Made by a program: the position numbers and the translations under genes. Shown piece after piece: positions 16,264 through 35,467 of a stretch of 64,000 bases of DNA. The DNA is taken from NCBI RefSeq assembly GCF_009914755.1, contig NC_060926.1. One strand, written 5' to 3'. The first letter of the stretch is position 1. The number at the start of each line of letters is the position of its first letter. The notes under the pieces were generated by a model. The model worked only from the letters and a program-made list of their open reading frames with translations, was not told where the DNA came from and did no database searches. The stretch comes from the human T2T-CHM13v2.0 reference genome, Homo sapiens.

Positions 16264-17396
16264 CTTCTTATACTCTTATAGAATGGTTGTCATTATCAAT
16301 AATGGCATTATTAAAGACCGTACTGTTTAGAAAGCCTGAGATATCCCTGACACCCTGCTAGTTGTCATAAGCATCGTCTTTGATTCCACGCCCATTTTTC
16401 ACAGCTGACATAATGATACCCATTCTGTAACTGAGAAAACCAGCATGGGCCAAGCCTCCCCCGGGGTTAGGAGTGGGCAGTCCCATCCAATGCAGCCCCT
16501 CACCCTGGGGAGCAGGTGGCCAGCCGACCACCCCAGCTGGCCTTCGAGGCCTCACGGGTCTCCGGCACTGGGTCGCCTGAGCACTGCCCAGGTTCGCACA
16601 TTCTCATCGTCCTGGGGTGGCCGAGTCGGGGACCAAGACCCTGTGGCCTATGTGGACCCCGGCTCCTCCACTCAGCGGTGAGACTGGGGAGGGTCCCTCC
16701 ACCTCTCCCAGTGCTTTCGCTCTGTCTAGGGGTGTCGTCAGCACCAGGGCCCCAGGAGTGCAGGGAGGTTGCTGCCTCCAGCCTGGCCCTCGGCGGAGGC
16801 TGCACCCAGGCCAGCTCTGTTCCCTCCAGACAGAGCAGCTCCTGGAAGAGCTCGTGTTCCCCACACTGACAGCACCTGCTCCATTTAGAGAATGCGCACT
16901 GGGCATGTAGAGAAGACCTGTGACACGCTACAGCTTCTTTTCTAAAACTGGCCAGAAAAGGAACATTATTTGAACAAAATGTACAGCAGGTTATCTGGAA
17001 ACATACGCCTAGGGGATGAGATACTAGGTTGTAGGATTCTTGTGCAGGGGGAGCAGGAGCAGGAGGGGACCCCACATCCTCACTGGCGGTGGCAGGTGGC
17101 CCCAGTCCTTGCTCTCAGAGGACCTGCCGGCCAGCTGGGAGCATCTGCCTGGGCGAAGCAGACCCTGCCCCACCCTCACCCTGGCCCCTTCCTGCCCCCG
17201 TGTCCTGCACTTGGCCAAATTCCACATTCCCAGGCAGACCCTGATTTCCTCCAGGAAGTCTCCTGTGACTCGGGCCTGAGTGAGCCCCAGTGTGTGGACT
17301 CCCTGCAGGCTCAGAGCCCGTGGCCAGCGCACATCTGTCTGCTCCTCATCACCTTTTCGGATGTGCCGGGAGCAGGGGGCGGCCGGTTCCCCCTAG

Positions 17397-17702
<306 letters not shown>

Positions 17703-18784
17703 TAAAATGAAGAAAAGTGTGTTCAAGTTAGGCAACTGTCAATCACCATCTTGATTGGGAAGGGCGGAGATGAATAAGACACCAAGCCCACGGTGCCCGA
17801 GGGGCGTCTGCGCTGTGCTGGGGGCAGAGGATGCACTTCGTGTGCCTGCTGTCTGCAGAGACCCTCGAAGCACACTGAGGCTGGGGACGGCAGCCAGAAT
17901 GCATTGCCAGACAAGGCCCACAGGTGTATACCCAGCCTAGATCACACCCCAGACAAAAAACCTATGAAACAGGCAGGATTCATTACAGACCCATCCATCA
18001 CCTCTCCTCCTCCTGGGACCCCTCCAAATGCATCCGACTGCACCCTGACCAGGGCCAGCAGCACAGCTGCCTGCCTGTTCTCCCACCTCCACCTCCGGAT
18101 GTCCCCGCCCGGCATGGGGCCTGGGTGCTCAACATCTGCCTCGGATGGCCTTGTCCAGTCCCCCAGCTCTGCACTCAGCTCAGGGACAGCGTCTTCCTCA
18201 CCGCTGCCTCCAAGCCAGGTGCCAGCTACGCCCAAACTTTTGACGAATTTACTCCCCTGAAAATTGTGGCTCTTAGGTAAGCACTATCTTTAATCTTCAT
18301 TTTATAGAAGAGGATACTAGTGATAAGAGAGGGCGAGAGACGCTCCTGGTCACACAGCCACTCCGTAGCTGGCCGGGAATTTGTGTTAATAGTCTGGCTT
18401 CCAGCTCTTATAGAAAAATAATTATTTACCAGACTCAAGTTACAGACAGACTTCCTTTGAGCTACTGTCATAGGGGAGAGAGGTCTCCGGAAAGAACCAA
18501 GTGCAAGGCTCAAATGCAGCAAAGGTAGCTGGGACGTCCAGCCAGGGCGGAGAGGGGTCAGTGCAAAACGCTTCATGACTCAACTGCATTGAGGAGCTTC
18601 TGCTAAACTGGAATAATAGGATTCTTGCTGAAACTCAGCTCCTCAGCGAAGGGCACAAGGGCCAGGGTCAAGGCCAGTTATCAAGCAAGTGAGTCTGAAA
18701 AGAGATGGCCAGGACGCGGCTGCCCGGGGCCTTCAGAGGCTGGGGAGGCTCTTTCTGGGGCTCTCAAGCTACATCCGCTTGACT

Positions 18785-19167
18785 GGCACGTCCCCCACTC
18801 CTGTGTCAGGCATACACCCCCTTCCTGTGTCAGGCGCACCCCCTCCTGTGTCAGGCGCACCCCACTATCCTATATCAGGCACATCCCACTCTCCTGAGTC
18901 AGGCACACCCCACCAGCTTGTGTCAGGCACACACCCCCACCCCCGTGTCAGGCACACCCCACCAGCCTGTGTCAGGCACACTGCCCCATCCTGTGTCACG
19001 CACACCCTCCCACCCCCATGTCAGGTGCACCCCTCTTCCTGTGTCAGGCGCATCCCCCCCACCCCGTGTCAGGCACACCCCCGCCCCCACCATCTTGTGT
19101 CAAGCACAACCCCCCTCCTGTGTCAGGTACAGCCCCCAACCCCCATGTCAGGCACACCCCCACTCCT
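18785..19167. repeat. Degenerate ~22-24-bp minisatellite (TGTGTCAGGCACACCCC..), left half
   Basis: Recurrent tgtcaggcacaccc core. Confidence 0.88.
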
Positions 19168-19366
19168 TTTGTTGTTGTTGTTGTTTGTTTTTATTTCTTC
19201 TAAAAAAAAAGTGATAAATGATGTGAAGAACATGCAGGTTTGTTACATAGGTATACGTGTGCCATGGTGGTTTGCTGCACCTATTGACCCATCCTCTAAG
19301 TTCCTCCCCTCATCCTCCACCCCTCAACAGGCCCCAGTGTGTGCTGTTCTCCTTTCTGTGTCCATG
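19168..19366 (-). mobile_element. Older L1PA (L1PA8-like) 3'-end fragment with (AAC)n tail
   Basis: tttatttcttctaaaaaaaaa...catgcaggtttgttacataggtatacgtgtgccatggtggtttgctgcacctattgacccatcctctaagttcc. AATAAA on the - strand at 19190-19195. Confidence 0.8.
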
Positions 19367-19428
19367 CAAAGGAACCATTTGTTTACTTAGGGGTTGCGGA
19401 GAAATTCTTGTGGCTTTCTTTTTGGCAG

Positions 19429-23610
<4,182 letters not shown>

Positions 23611-24745
23611 GTCCTCTCTCTGCACAGCATTTCCCCCTCACACTCATTGTTTTATCAGCCTCTGGTTTTATTCATGTTTTTTCTCCATATGAAATAGTAT
23701 CCTCTCTTCCTTTCAAACCAGAGCACTCTCAATCATGGAAAATTAGAAACAGCAGCTCTTGCATTCAGATTTTTAAATAAAATGTTTAAATCAATGGTTC
23801 AGATGTGAATTGCAAAGGTAGCCAGGTAGCGAAGCTGCCACATTCACAGAGAGGAGCTCAGCTGCTTTCCGCATTATTATTACAAACCTAAGAAAGCGGA
23901 TTCAGAACCCTGCTCAGGTGAAGGCAGTGGGGCATTTATGTCAAGACTGCAGTTTTGCTGGACTACAGCCCAGAAGCACTTGCTGTATTTTTGATAATAT
24001 CTAACCCTGTCAGATGGCTCCATGGGGCCCCAGGAAACACTTCTACTGCTGTACTCCAGCTGAAGCCACCACCCTCCATCCCTCCCAATGTTTTCTTCTG
24101 GACTCACCCACAGAAGGAAGGAGAAAGGAGTCCCAGTGGAGGTCAGGAACAGCCCTGGGAGAGCACCCAGAGATGAATTCGTGCCTAAGAGGGCTCACCC
24201 ACTACGTCTCTTCCTCCTCCCGGAGAGCACCCAAAGATGTGTTGGTGCCTAAGAGAACTTGCCCACTACCTCTCTTCCTCCTGGGCCCCCTTTGAATGCC
24301 TGCACCGTGACTGGGGCCAGGAGCACATGAGCCTAAGACCATTCTGTGCACCAGGGCCCATGTCTGAGAGATTAATACACAGGTGCCCAGGGCTTCTCCT
24401 GTCTCCGTGGTGATTTACAGACTTAGATTTAGATACAGATATTGATTATGGATAGAGACAGTTTAGATATAGGCACAGATGCAGATATATAGATATAGAT
24501 ATAAATTTACATATAGGTATAAAAGAATAGATTTAGATTTCGGTACAACTCTCCCTATATAAGTTTAGACGTAGATACACATATAGATTCAGGCATCGAT
24601 ATAAAAGAATAGATTTAGATTTCGGTACAGCTCTCCCTACATAAGTTTAGATGTAGATACACATATAGATTCAGGCGCTGATATAATTATAGAGGGAGCT
24701 CTGCTTTTGCAGTGTTTTGTTCCTAACGTTGCGGTTAAAGGAACT

Positions 24746-25355
24746 GTATTCATTTCCTGGGGGTGCCACAGCACAGCCCTGCAGACTGGGGGTGCCACAG
24801 CACAGCCCTGCAGACTGGGGGTGCCACAGCACAGCCCTGCAGACTGGGGGTGCCACAGCAAAGCCCTGCAGACTGGGGGTGCCACAGCGCAGCCCTGCAG
24901 ACTGGGGGTGCCACAGCGCAGCCCTGCAGACTGGGGGTGCCACAGCAAAGCCCTGCAGACTGGGGGTGCCACAGCGCAGCCCTGCAGACTGGGGGTGCCA
25001 CAGCACAGCCCTGCAGACTGGGCACTTGAACAAGAGATTTCTCTCTCAGCAAGTCCTGGAGGCTGGAGTCCAAGATCAAGGGGAGGGCACGGTTGGCTCC
25101 CCCTGAGGACTCACCCCTTGGCTGCAGATACCACCTTCTCCCCATGTCCTCCCAGGGCAGTCCCTCTGTGTGTCCATGGCCTCATCTCCTCATCTCATAA
25201 GGACATAGCTGCCTTGGGCCACGGCCCACAGTGACATCCCCATGCCACTGCAATTACCTCCTCAAATGCTCCATCCCCAAATCAGCCACATTCTGAGGCC
25301 CAGGGTGTTGGGGATTCAGCATGAGAATCTGGGAGACCCGGTTCAGCCCACGACA
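24746..25355 (-). mobile_element. MLT1-family (MaLR) LTR containing an internal VNTR
   Basis: tgtattcatttcctgggg...cttgaacaagagattt.ctctc.cag..tcctggaggctggagtccaagatcaag...ttcagcccacgaca. Confidence 0.75.
24759..25022. repeat. 29-bp VNTR x9
   Basis: GGGGGTGCCACAGC(AC/AA/GC)AGCCCTGCAGACT starts at 24759, 24788 ... 24991. Confidence 0.95.
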
Positions 25356-25444
25356 GCCAATTGGTCCATAGTGCCATCTTTTAATCTTCAGAATAAAACT
25401 TTAGAAGAAGTGTATACAACAGGAGCATGAGTTGCATAAACTAA

Positions 25445-25756
<312 letters not shown>

Positions 25757-27043
25757 TAAGGACTCTTTTCTATAAACGCTGAAGCCAAATGTGTCTCTAG
25801 AGTTGAGACGTTCCCTCCCAGTGCTACCTCTTTGCTAAGGAATCCTCCTGCCTGGACACTGTCCATCTGCCTCTCCAGATCCTGCCCCCGCCAAGGGCGT
25901 CCGAGAGAGCCCCTGAGCCCGGCCCGGACCAGCGCCCGTGCTCAGGGCAGCTGTGCGCTCCGCGCTGCCTTCTGGTTCTGTGTGATGGATGTGATGCTTG
26001 CATGGTGCTGTCCCTGCCCCGCTCCGCCCCTGCTGGGCTCCTGGCTGCCGAACCTGAAGTCAGGGTCCGCCGCAGAACACGTCTTCCCGCTGAGCCCTGC
26101 AGCCCCTCAAGCAGCTGGCTGCCTCCGAGGAGCTTCCTCTCCGACAGCTGCCGTGTACCTCCCTGACCTCCCTGGCTGTGACTCAGGCCCTCCGGAGGCA
26201 CTGGGCCAGGCCGCCGGTGGAGCCTGATGGTGGACGATGGTGGACAGTGACCTTCTCCTTCTAAGGAAGGGACTGAGGGAGGGAAAGTGCCCCCAGAGCA
26301 TCTCAGGAGCTGGGAGGTGAACAGCTGGGGATGCTGGCTTCAGTGCTTCCCCCACCACCAGCACCCTTATGATTATACTGCTGCCCCTGCAAAAACGACC
26401 ATGGAAAATTAGGATGCTGGGCATGACCTTTCTGCATCCCTGACGCACAAGCCTAACTGTTGTTGCACGGAGGCCACACACGTCCCTGATGAAAGAGCCC
26501 TGTTCCCGTGCAAGCAGCCGTCAGTGCCCTCTCCGTACAGATGGCGCAGCCATCAGTGCCCTCTCTGTACAGACGGAGCAGGCCAGCAGGACCCAGCACT
26601 GTCCCTGGATGCACCAGCTCTGTCACTGCTGGCTGGAACACCCAAAAGGGTGATGGACATGGCTGTCCCTCAGTTTTCAGAATGACAGCGTGAAACCCAA
26701 GCCTGCCTGCATGAGGAAGGGTGGACACAGACAGCAGCAGAGGCCTTGGCTGAGTGGACATGCGCTCAGGTGCTGAGGGCTGAGAGTGACCCAGGAGCAA
26801 CAGCTGAGCCATATTTACAGCCCCTCCTACGAGCCCTGGCTGGAGGCCAGAGGTTCCAGGGAAGGTGGGCACCAGGGCCCGTGTCTGAGAGATTCATAAA
26901 CAGGTGCCACGGCTTCTCCTTCCGTCCTCACAGTGACTCACAGACAAGGATGCCAAGGCCTGGAAGATGAGGCATGGCTGTGAGAGGAGCTCACACTCCC
27001 CTGGCCTGCGAGAGCTCTGGCCCCGGCCAGCCCGTGTGCTGAT

Positions 27044-27893
27044 CGTATTAGACGGAGTCTCCAGAGAAACAGGAGCAATCAGAGATGCAGATGTATGTAT
27101 AGAAATAGTTATAGATTAGAGACATCCATAGAGACACAGTTTGTAGATGTAGTTACGTAGATTTAGATATAGATATCAATTTAAATATGGATATATGTAG
27201 ATATACTATATATAGATTTACATAGATTGAACATAGATATAGATAACAAATATGTAGACATAGATATAGTTATACTGATTTAGATATAGATACTGATTGT
27301 GGGTATATATAGTTTTAGGTACAGATGCAGATATAAAAATATAGATATAAATTTACACATAGGTATAGAATAGATTTAGGTGTAGCTATACCTATGTAAG
27401 TTTAGATATAGACACAATATAGATTTTGGTATAGATGTAAATATAGAGGTAGTTACCCATACATAGACATAGTTTTACATGTGCTTCTAGCTCTATGTAC
27501 CGATATGTGAAAGCATCTCTATTCTGCAGAATTGGTCATGAAATTAGAGAGGCTGAGGAGTCCCAGGATCTGCTGTCTGCAAACTGGAGCCCCAGGGGAG
27601 CTGGCGGGGCAGTTCCAGTCTGAGGGCAGGTGAAGCTGCAATGAGATGTCCCAGCTCAAGCAGAGAGTCAGGAAAAGAGAAGTGAAGCCCTTTTTCCTCC
27701 ACTTCCTGCTCTACTGGGGCCCTGGAAGGATGGGACAGGGCCCACCCATGTTGGGGAGAGCCGTCTGCTTTTCTCAGACCACAGATTCCAATGCTGATCC
27801 CTTCCAGGACCCAACTCAAAAACACAGTGGGAATAATGTCTAATCTGGGCGCCTGTGCTCCAGTCAAGCGGACACATAAAATTAACCATCCCA
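27044..27893 (-). mobile_element. MLT2-family (ERVL) LTR with expanded internal TAGA/TATA low-complexity tract
   Basis: Begins cgtattagacggagtctccagagaaacagga and ends agtcaagcggacacataaaattaaccatccca. Confidence 0.8.
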
Positions 27894-30231
27894 GTCATGT
27901 TATTCTGACCTGAATTCTCCAAAATCCCAGTGCCCTCTGTCTGCCCAGGGCCTGCCCAAACCCGATGCCGTTTCTTTCCAAAGGCCCTCGTTGGCCTTCA
28001 CCCAGCCTCAGGGACTCCCCCTTGCCCAGCCCCACCAGAGGGGCACCCACGCCCACAGCAGAGAACTCCAGGGCTCCCCGGGGTGGCACTGAAGAGGTCG
28101 GAAAGCCACTCCGGCAGCAGCCGTGACCTTTGTGATGCCCCCGTAGGACATGCAAGGGCTTCAGGACCTGTCTCAGCTGGGTATCTCCCAGAAGCACACA
28201 GCCTTCAATCTGGTTCCAAGCGGATTTACTGGCTCTTGAAATTGAAAATGCCAAGAAACAAAAATTTGGAGCAAAGAATAAAGGAAAGTTTCTGCTGTGC
28301 GGCATCTGGCCTTCCCCCTGCCCAGGCTCGTTTCACACTTTTGGGTAAACATGGAGCTGCTTACGTCCCTGCTGTGGGTCTGCCATTTGCTGGTGTGAGG
28401 TGGGCTTCAATCAGATGCTCGCCACGGCCCAGGACGTGGCTCCTCCTCTCACTCAAGGCTCTGATGTCAGATGCCTGGCTTTGCTGGTTTTTGAAGTTCC
28501 ACAGGTGGCCCCTCCAGCCCAAGTTTCTCAGAACCAAATCCAGCCGGAAATGTCAAACACCAATTCCAGAATGAATTTCCACGGCTGCCCTGTCCTGACT
28601 GCCCTGACCTGGCCTGTGCTTACCTGGAATTCCCACCCAGGCCTCGATCAGCTCAGCCTTCCCCGCACCCCCAGCCCCAGGCACACAGGCGGAGCCCCCA
28701 CCTCTAGCAGCCATGGGGGTGAGAGCGAGTAGCAGCAGATGGAAACAAGAACCCAGCCTCTTTCTGGATGCAGGAGGAGTGGCATCCCAGGGCCAGCAAG
28801 CAGCTCTGCTCCCCATGGGCTTTTAGCAAGAGGCTGGTGTGCTCAGGTTGCCCTGCAGACTCCCCTGCGTCTGTGAAAGGTGGCAGGAAGGAGATCCTGG
28901 AGGCGGGAGGATGGTTAGAGGAGCCCAGGAGGAAAAGTCATGAGGTGCAAAGGCTAAGAGGACAGGATCGTTTTGGAGAAACAGTCAGGATGCGCATTTA
29001 GGGTTTATTCATTCATTCTTGTATCCAACAAATGCTTGCTGAGTGTCCAAGACCCATGCGAGGAAGACAGCCACGGACACCACCTGTGTCTGGGCTGGGA
29101 AAGACCCATGATAGGAAGACAGCCATGGACACGACCTGTGTCCGGGCTGCAAATGAGACACACCTGCAAATCATGCCCAGGTGCTAAGTGGCACAGGGAA
29201 CCGCAGTCACCCACAGACGCATTCATCACCGACTTTAAAAAATCCAGTGTGAGAAATAGAACCAAACCAAGCACCCATTCCCCCAGCCGCTGCCTCTGTC
29301 TGGTACCTGAATGTGCTCTCTTAGCCCCAGAGCCTATCTTCAACCACACGTGATGATGTTTATCCAGGGCGACCCATGTTTGTTTAAAAAAAAAACGCTG
29401 ATTGGTAGTATTTAAATTCTTATTTAAAAGTCAGTTTTCGTTTCATCTTGGATTTCTCCTCGGCCACCTCGAATGGGTATCCAAACAGAAAAGTCGGTAA
29501 TAAAACTGTGGTCAAAGGAGCTCTGAGTTCAGAGCCGCAGTGGCCCCAGGCTGGCAGCTCCTTGCAGAAAGCACAGAAGCCAAGGGCTGGAGCCCAGGAG
29601 CCGTTACTCAGTCCCCGGCTTTTTCAGATGAAGACACAGGTCCAGGTGGGAGGCACTTCCTCAGGCCCCTCACCAGATGCTCTGGGGCCGGCTCCTGGGC
29701 TGCCTCTCTCCTCTGTCCCATCAGGCCTGCACTTCTCTGTCTGATTCCCACCAACCTTGTTCGGTTTCTTTCTGGAATTGGCTGATGAGACCCAGGATGA
29801 GCTCCAAAATCTGCTGCCATCCCGTGCCCCCGTCCCCCCAGGGCTCCAGCTCTGCAAGGTGCTGTCCACCTTCCTTCAACCACGGTTTCACCTCCAGGAG
29901 GCTTCTGGGAAAGATAAAATGCAGCCAAGGGCAAAACCTCACAGCGTTATACCGCGTCCCTTACAGCCCACCTTGCGAACCTTTCCCGCCCCGGTCCGAG
30001 GCCTCCAGGGCTCCCTGGGTCCTGTGGTCCACTCCGAGGGCACTGAGAGCCCTCCCTGGTTTGGGCAGCAAGGTGTGCTTTCTGTCCTGCAGGACGCGTC
30101 CATGCCGAACCCACAGTGAGGTTCCATAGAGAGAGCTAACTTCTCTGCCCTGTGTCCCCTGCTGGCTCTCCCCACACACGTCACATTCGGATCTGGACTT
30201 AGTGGTCTAAATGGCTTTTCTGGGCAGATAA

Positions 30232-30471
<240 letters not shown>

Positions 30472-31041
30472 TAAGTCCTTCACTTTTTGACTGTTACTTA
30501 GACACAAAGCAATCTCCTTTCCTCTGGACATGGCTGCAATGAAGCTGCTTTATTTTCCCGAAGCTAACACAGGTTACTGGTATCTCAAAGGCATTGATCT
30601 CAGAGCTATTTTGTACAACGTAATAGACTCTCCGGATCTTTCATTATGCTTTAAATAATGAAAGTGGAGTGATCATTTGTACACCTTAGGTGGTGTCAGG
30701 TATCTGTGGACGAACATTCAGCAATATGGAACACTTTTCTAACACTAAATGATTGCATTGAAGTAGTCTCTTGTTAGGAGTAAAGATTCTTACAAAGGTT
30801 TCTCAGAGAAAAAAGGTCATCCATGAATAAAAAGTTTTATTCTTCAGTTTTATTCCCTCCCTTGAGGGCAGAAATTGGAAGTTGAACTTTCATGTTAAAA
30901 ATGGCGCTGCTGTTGAAAGACTCAGACCCGCACCTGAGAGGCCCTGCCCTGTGAGAGTGCTCTCTGCAGAAAGAGCCCCTCGAGGCTTCCTCAGGTGCGG
31001 CAGCTGGTCCATGTCCCTAGCCCTGAGGAACCGGCTCTGTT

Positions 31042-31141
31042 CCTTGCTGCTGCCTCTCACCTTGCTGCTGCCTCTCACCTTGCTGCTGCCTCTCACCTTG
31101 CTGCTGCCTCTCACCTTGCTGCTGCCTCTCACCTTGCTGCT
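31042..31141. repeat. 18-bp perfect tandem repeat x5.5
   Basis: CCTTGCTGCTGCCTCTCA at 31042, 31060, 31078, 31096, 31114, with a partial unit at 31132. Confidence 0.95.
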
Positions 31142-32211
31142 CTTGAGCACCAAACTCCTTGAGCATCCCTTCCATTTTTAATGCACAATTGTTCATTTTA
31201 TATAGACAGTATTAAAAATAACAGCAAACACTATAAGAAGTCATTGCAGGCCCAGGCTGGGCCCCCAGGGCCATGCCCAGGATACCTGCAGATAGAGGCC
31301 ACAGTTTCTCGGCTTCTGCTCTCCCTGAGTGCCAGGCTCCCCCCACCAACATGCCCTGTGCACACTCCTGCTGCAGCCAGCCCTGCCCTCTGCCAGGATG
31401 ACCCCTGCAGTCGCCTTCGCCCTCCACCCCGGCCTTCAGAGCTCCTCACTGGCGGAGCCCCCAGCACCACCCCATACCACACATGTATGGATTATCCAAG
31501 CCTCCCAGCCTCACCCGATACCACATATCTATGGATTATCCAGGACTTTCCCACTCTAAGGCCATCTTCCAGGGTGTTTCTCATCTTCCCAATAATAGAA
31601 ACTCAACATTCTAGCAAACTTCATTTTTCTAGCAACTTCTCAGTACACTGAGGAACATCTGCCCCTTGAACAGGAAATCTTTTTCTTACAGTCTTTGCAC
31701 CTCCTACAGGAACTGGTTTTTAAAAACTTGAAAGCTTAGCAACCAGATGTTACCCATGATCTTTATCGTTTCCAAAGGGCCTTGTCAAGAATCCACAGTT
31801 AATGGCCTCTTTTCTGTTGTTTTTATTTTTGTGATCACTTGTAAGGGAAGACTCTGTACCTGCCATCTGCTCTGCATCCTGTCTCTCTGGGGCTGAGATA
31901 TGGTAGTAAAGCCAGTTCCCCATTTCAGTTATTCTGCAAGGCCTCTGACAACTGCTGTGGTTGACCCAGATGCCTGCATTTGATGCATGAGCTTATGATC
32001 TATCCGGCATATGATATTTCAGTGACGTATTTCTGAGTAGCTTCATAGCTTCTAACAAAACTAACATACACCATAATTCAGACAACTGTGAGAAATTCCT
32101 TCCAGTAGAGAGGTGATAGTAATGGCTAAAGCCATGTGTCAGATGTAATGCTAAGTCATCCTTAGCCACTGTCTCCTCTGATTTTCTGATCAATCATCTG
32201 ACTCAGGTGCT

Positions 32212-32636
32212 TGCCATGGCTTGAACTGTGCATTGCCCAGAACATATGTTTATATCCTGACCTTTAGGACCTCAGAACGTAACCTTATTTGGAACTAAGG
32301 TCTCTGCAGGTGTAATTAGTTAAAATGAGACTGTCCTGGAGTAGAGGGGCCCCTAATTCAGTATAGCTGGTGTTCCTCTAGAAAGAAGAGTTTGGACAGA
32401 GTCATGCTGAGCAGGCGAAGGCCATCTTGACGGGAAGGCAGAGATCAGGGTGGGGTTTCTCTAAGCTGGGGCCTGGGAAGATCGCCAGCAGCCACAGGAA
32501 CTGGGAGGGAGGCCGGGGGAGCCGCCTGCAGGCACCTTGATGTGGACTCCTGCCTCCAGAGCTCTAGGTCATAAACTGCTGTTTAAGCAGCCAAGTCTGT
32601 GGTCCTCTGTGACTGCAGCCCCAGAAAACTTAATGA
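32212..32636 (+). mobile_element. MLT1-family (MaLR) solo LTR
   Basis: acctcagaacgtaaccttatttggaactaaggtctctgcaggtgtaattagttaaaatgag...ctgctgtttaagcagccaagtctgtggtcctctgt. Confidence 0.8.
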
Positions 32637-35467
32637 AGTGCTATGATTGTGTCCATTTTCAGTGTAGCATGTGGAGGTGGAGCGAGAGCCTGTTACTTGC
32701 TCAAAGCTGGTAGGCCCAGAGCAGATCCTTGAACCCAAGACCTGTCTGGTGCTGGAGGTCGTGCCACAGCTGCCCTGCTTCTCCTCGCGAGAAGATTATA
32801 TTCCACATGCCAGGGCTGTTGTTTCAAATAATCATTACCAGTGAAGATTGAATAATCACCTACTCTCTCTACAAGACACTATATTGATCTGTTTTGGAAA
32901 GAGAGTACTTTAACCTTTAAATGGTGTCTCTAGTTTTAGATGGGGTGGTGGCAGGAAATATTCCCTATGTTTTATGAATCATTTGGTCTTTAAACCTTAA
33001 AAACTTTAATAACTAATAATTAAAACCCTCAGCTAACCATGAAATAGACTAAGCAATAAAAATTGAATAGGCTGTAAGCAAATAACTTCAAATTAGCTGG
33101 TTCTGTAATTAGAACTATGAAATGTATAATTGTAACAAAAACTGATACGACTATAATTTCCTATTCATAAACAATTTTGTATTTGCAAACATCCCTATAA
33201 ACATCTATCACATTATCATTATAATAAATATTAGTGTCTGTAGCCCACACTCACAAGAAAAATAGCAATTTTCTTTAAGATTGACAGCCATAGATGAAAT
33301 GAATACCTTTCCAAGGGAACTTGGGAGAGAAAAATTTGCTATAGTTGATTTTAGACTCTGGAGTTCTAAAAATACACTACCAAGCACCAATTTAGTTTGC
33401 AAAATGCCACTTAGCTGAAAGATATGAAAAAGTGGATGTTAATGTGCCATCACACGCTTGAGAACACAGGCAGTTACAGAGTCAGAGACCATAACAGGGA
33501 AGACCCTGGGGCTCCAGGGCAGAAACATCCTGGACCAAAACCACAGCACCCCCAGACCTGTGATTAGGTGAGCTCAGAAGGTCAAGTCACTCATTAGGAA
33601 ATGTCTTCCCACCACCTACCCTGAGACCCCTATTCTGCTCCCAGCAAATGGGCTCAACACAATCCCAGCCTCGCCTCCCTGTGTCTTATTCTTCAGCTTT
33701 TAAAAACATGATCTTATTTCCACCTTAGGGCATTATTGTGCGGTGAGGAGTAGGGAGGAGAACAGAGAGGGATAGGAAGAAAGAGAGACAGAGACAGCAG
33801 AGAGAGACACGGGAGGGGAGAGAACCCAGCACGGTGTGGCACACAGCAGGTGCTCAGCAAACACGTTTCCTCTCCTAGTGAGACAAAGGTGTTTGCTTCT
33901 CTACTCTCCTCGTTTTCTACCCACCCTGCTGTCTGGGGTCTCACACTGTATGTTTTGGTGTGATTGTTATTAATGTGACAAATTGTTGATATATTTTCAC
34001 TGCAAATCTACGATTCGGAGTTAACTCCATGAAACCAACTCCTCCATCAACTTTCTTGACACTGCATTTAAAATACCTCCACGGTATTATGCTTGTTTTA
34101 TTGCATTGAAATTGTTTTCACCAAGTTGAATTCTTTCTGTGCAAACTTTTACACTAAAAATTCATTCCTCAAATCAGTTCTTTGGTCCATGTCAGTTTTG
34201 CCAATTAGACCTTTCGCCATGGAGGTGTTTTCCTTTGTGTTATGATTTCTTCAGATCCGGCTTTCTTAGCTCAGCATTTTAAACTTAAATTTCATGAAGA
34301 CTTTGTCTGTCTGTTGATTCTTACTGTCCAGGGAAGATGCTAAATGTGCAGTTCCAGTCCTTTCTCCATTCGCTCTTGTTTTTATTATTTTTACCAATTC
34401 TACTTTTCCACCATCACTTAGTTCTGCGATTTCTGAAATACAATTTTTCAGGTTTTCCTTGTCGTTGATAAACGGTGCCCTATACCTTTTTGCTGTTTTC
34501 AGTTGTATTTTGTATTGATATTCCTACCTACGGTATGCATTATAAATTCAAGAAAGTTTGAATCATTTGCATTAATTACCAGCAAATCCATGGGAAAGCC
34601 GCGAGGTCCTTCCCTAGGATGCAGCCAGGTTTGTCCTCCGTCCAGGACGTCTAACCCTTTGTTCCCTCCTGCACCTTCCCACGCTGTGAGCTGACGGGTG
34701 CTCTTTCTCTAGGCACGTCACGGGGGGTTCCTGCCATCTCTCCTCTCTTTATCATTAGATTCATAAGCGTGCTGGAGGGAGGCCAGCTGGGACTAGGCCG
34801 AGGCAGCCATGGGGCAGTGGGCCACGGGATCCCTGTAAGCCATGGGTGACCGGGTGCCCTCTTCCCCCAGGACCCTCCTCCCCAGGGACCCTCCTCCCCC
34901 AGGGCCCTCTTTCCCCAGACTCTTGGGGTAGAGACGGCCTGAGTCTCTTGAGATGGAGTCTGAAGCTTCTGGTCATCTGAACTGCATGTTGATGACAGGA
35001 ATTGTCTTCAGGACGTCATTAGGGAAGTCCGAGAGAACTGGCCCTTTGCTGGGGGACAGACGTAGAGTGGCCAGCCTGGGCTACACAGCATGGGGGATCC
35101 GAACCTGTTGTAGTGGAATCCTTCAGAGTCAGTACGGCGTCTGTGAGGCACTCGGGCCCCAGAGGACCTGGGGAAGGACCTGTGCTCCTTAGAGACCCAC
35201 GTCTGCCCTGGAAATGAGCAGGGGGAGCTGTTCCCAGCCTGGTCACACATGAACCACAGCAAGGACAGCCTCCCACCCCAGTCCCCCCGTGGGTTCAGCT
35301 AAACGCATTGTCCAGTTTCCAGCCCAGAACCCAAGCCTGGCTGCCAGGCTCATCTGCTTTCTCTGGGCAGCTCCCAGCCCCTCCCTCTGTGGCCCCACTT
35401 TCTTCACCCACTTCTGAGCAAGTATAGGTGGGAAATGTGCCTTCCTCCCTCTCCTGACCCCAGGCTG

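Noticed and set aside
30882-31181. Leu-rich ORF (LLLPLT repeats) resembling a signal or transmembrane peptide
   Set aside because: It is produced by the 18-bp tandem repeat.
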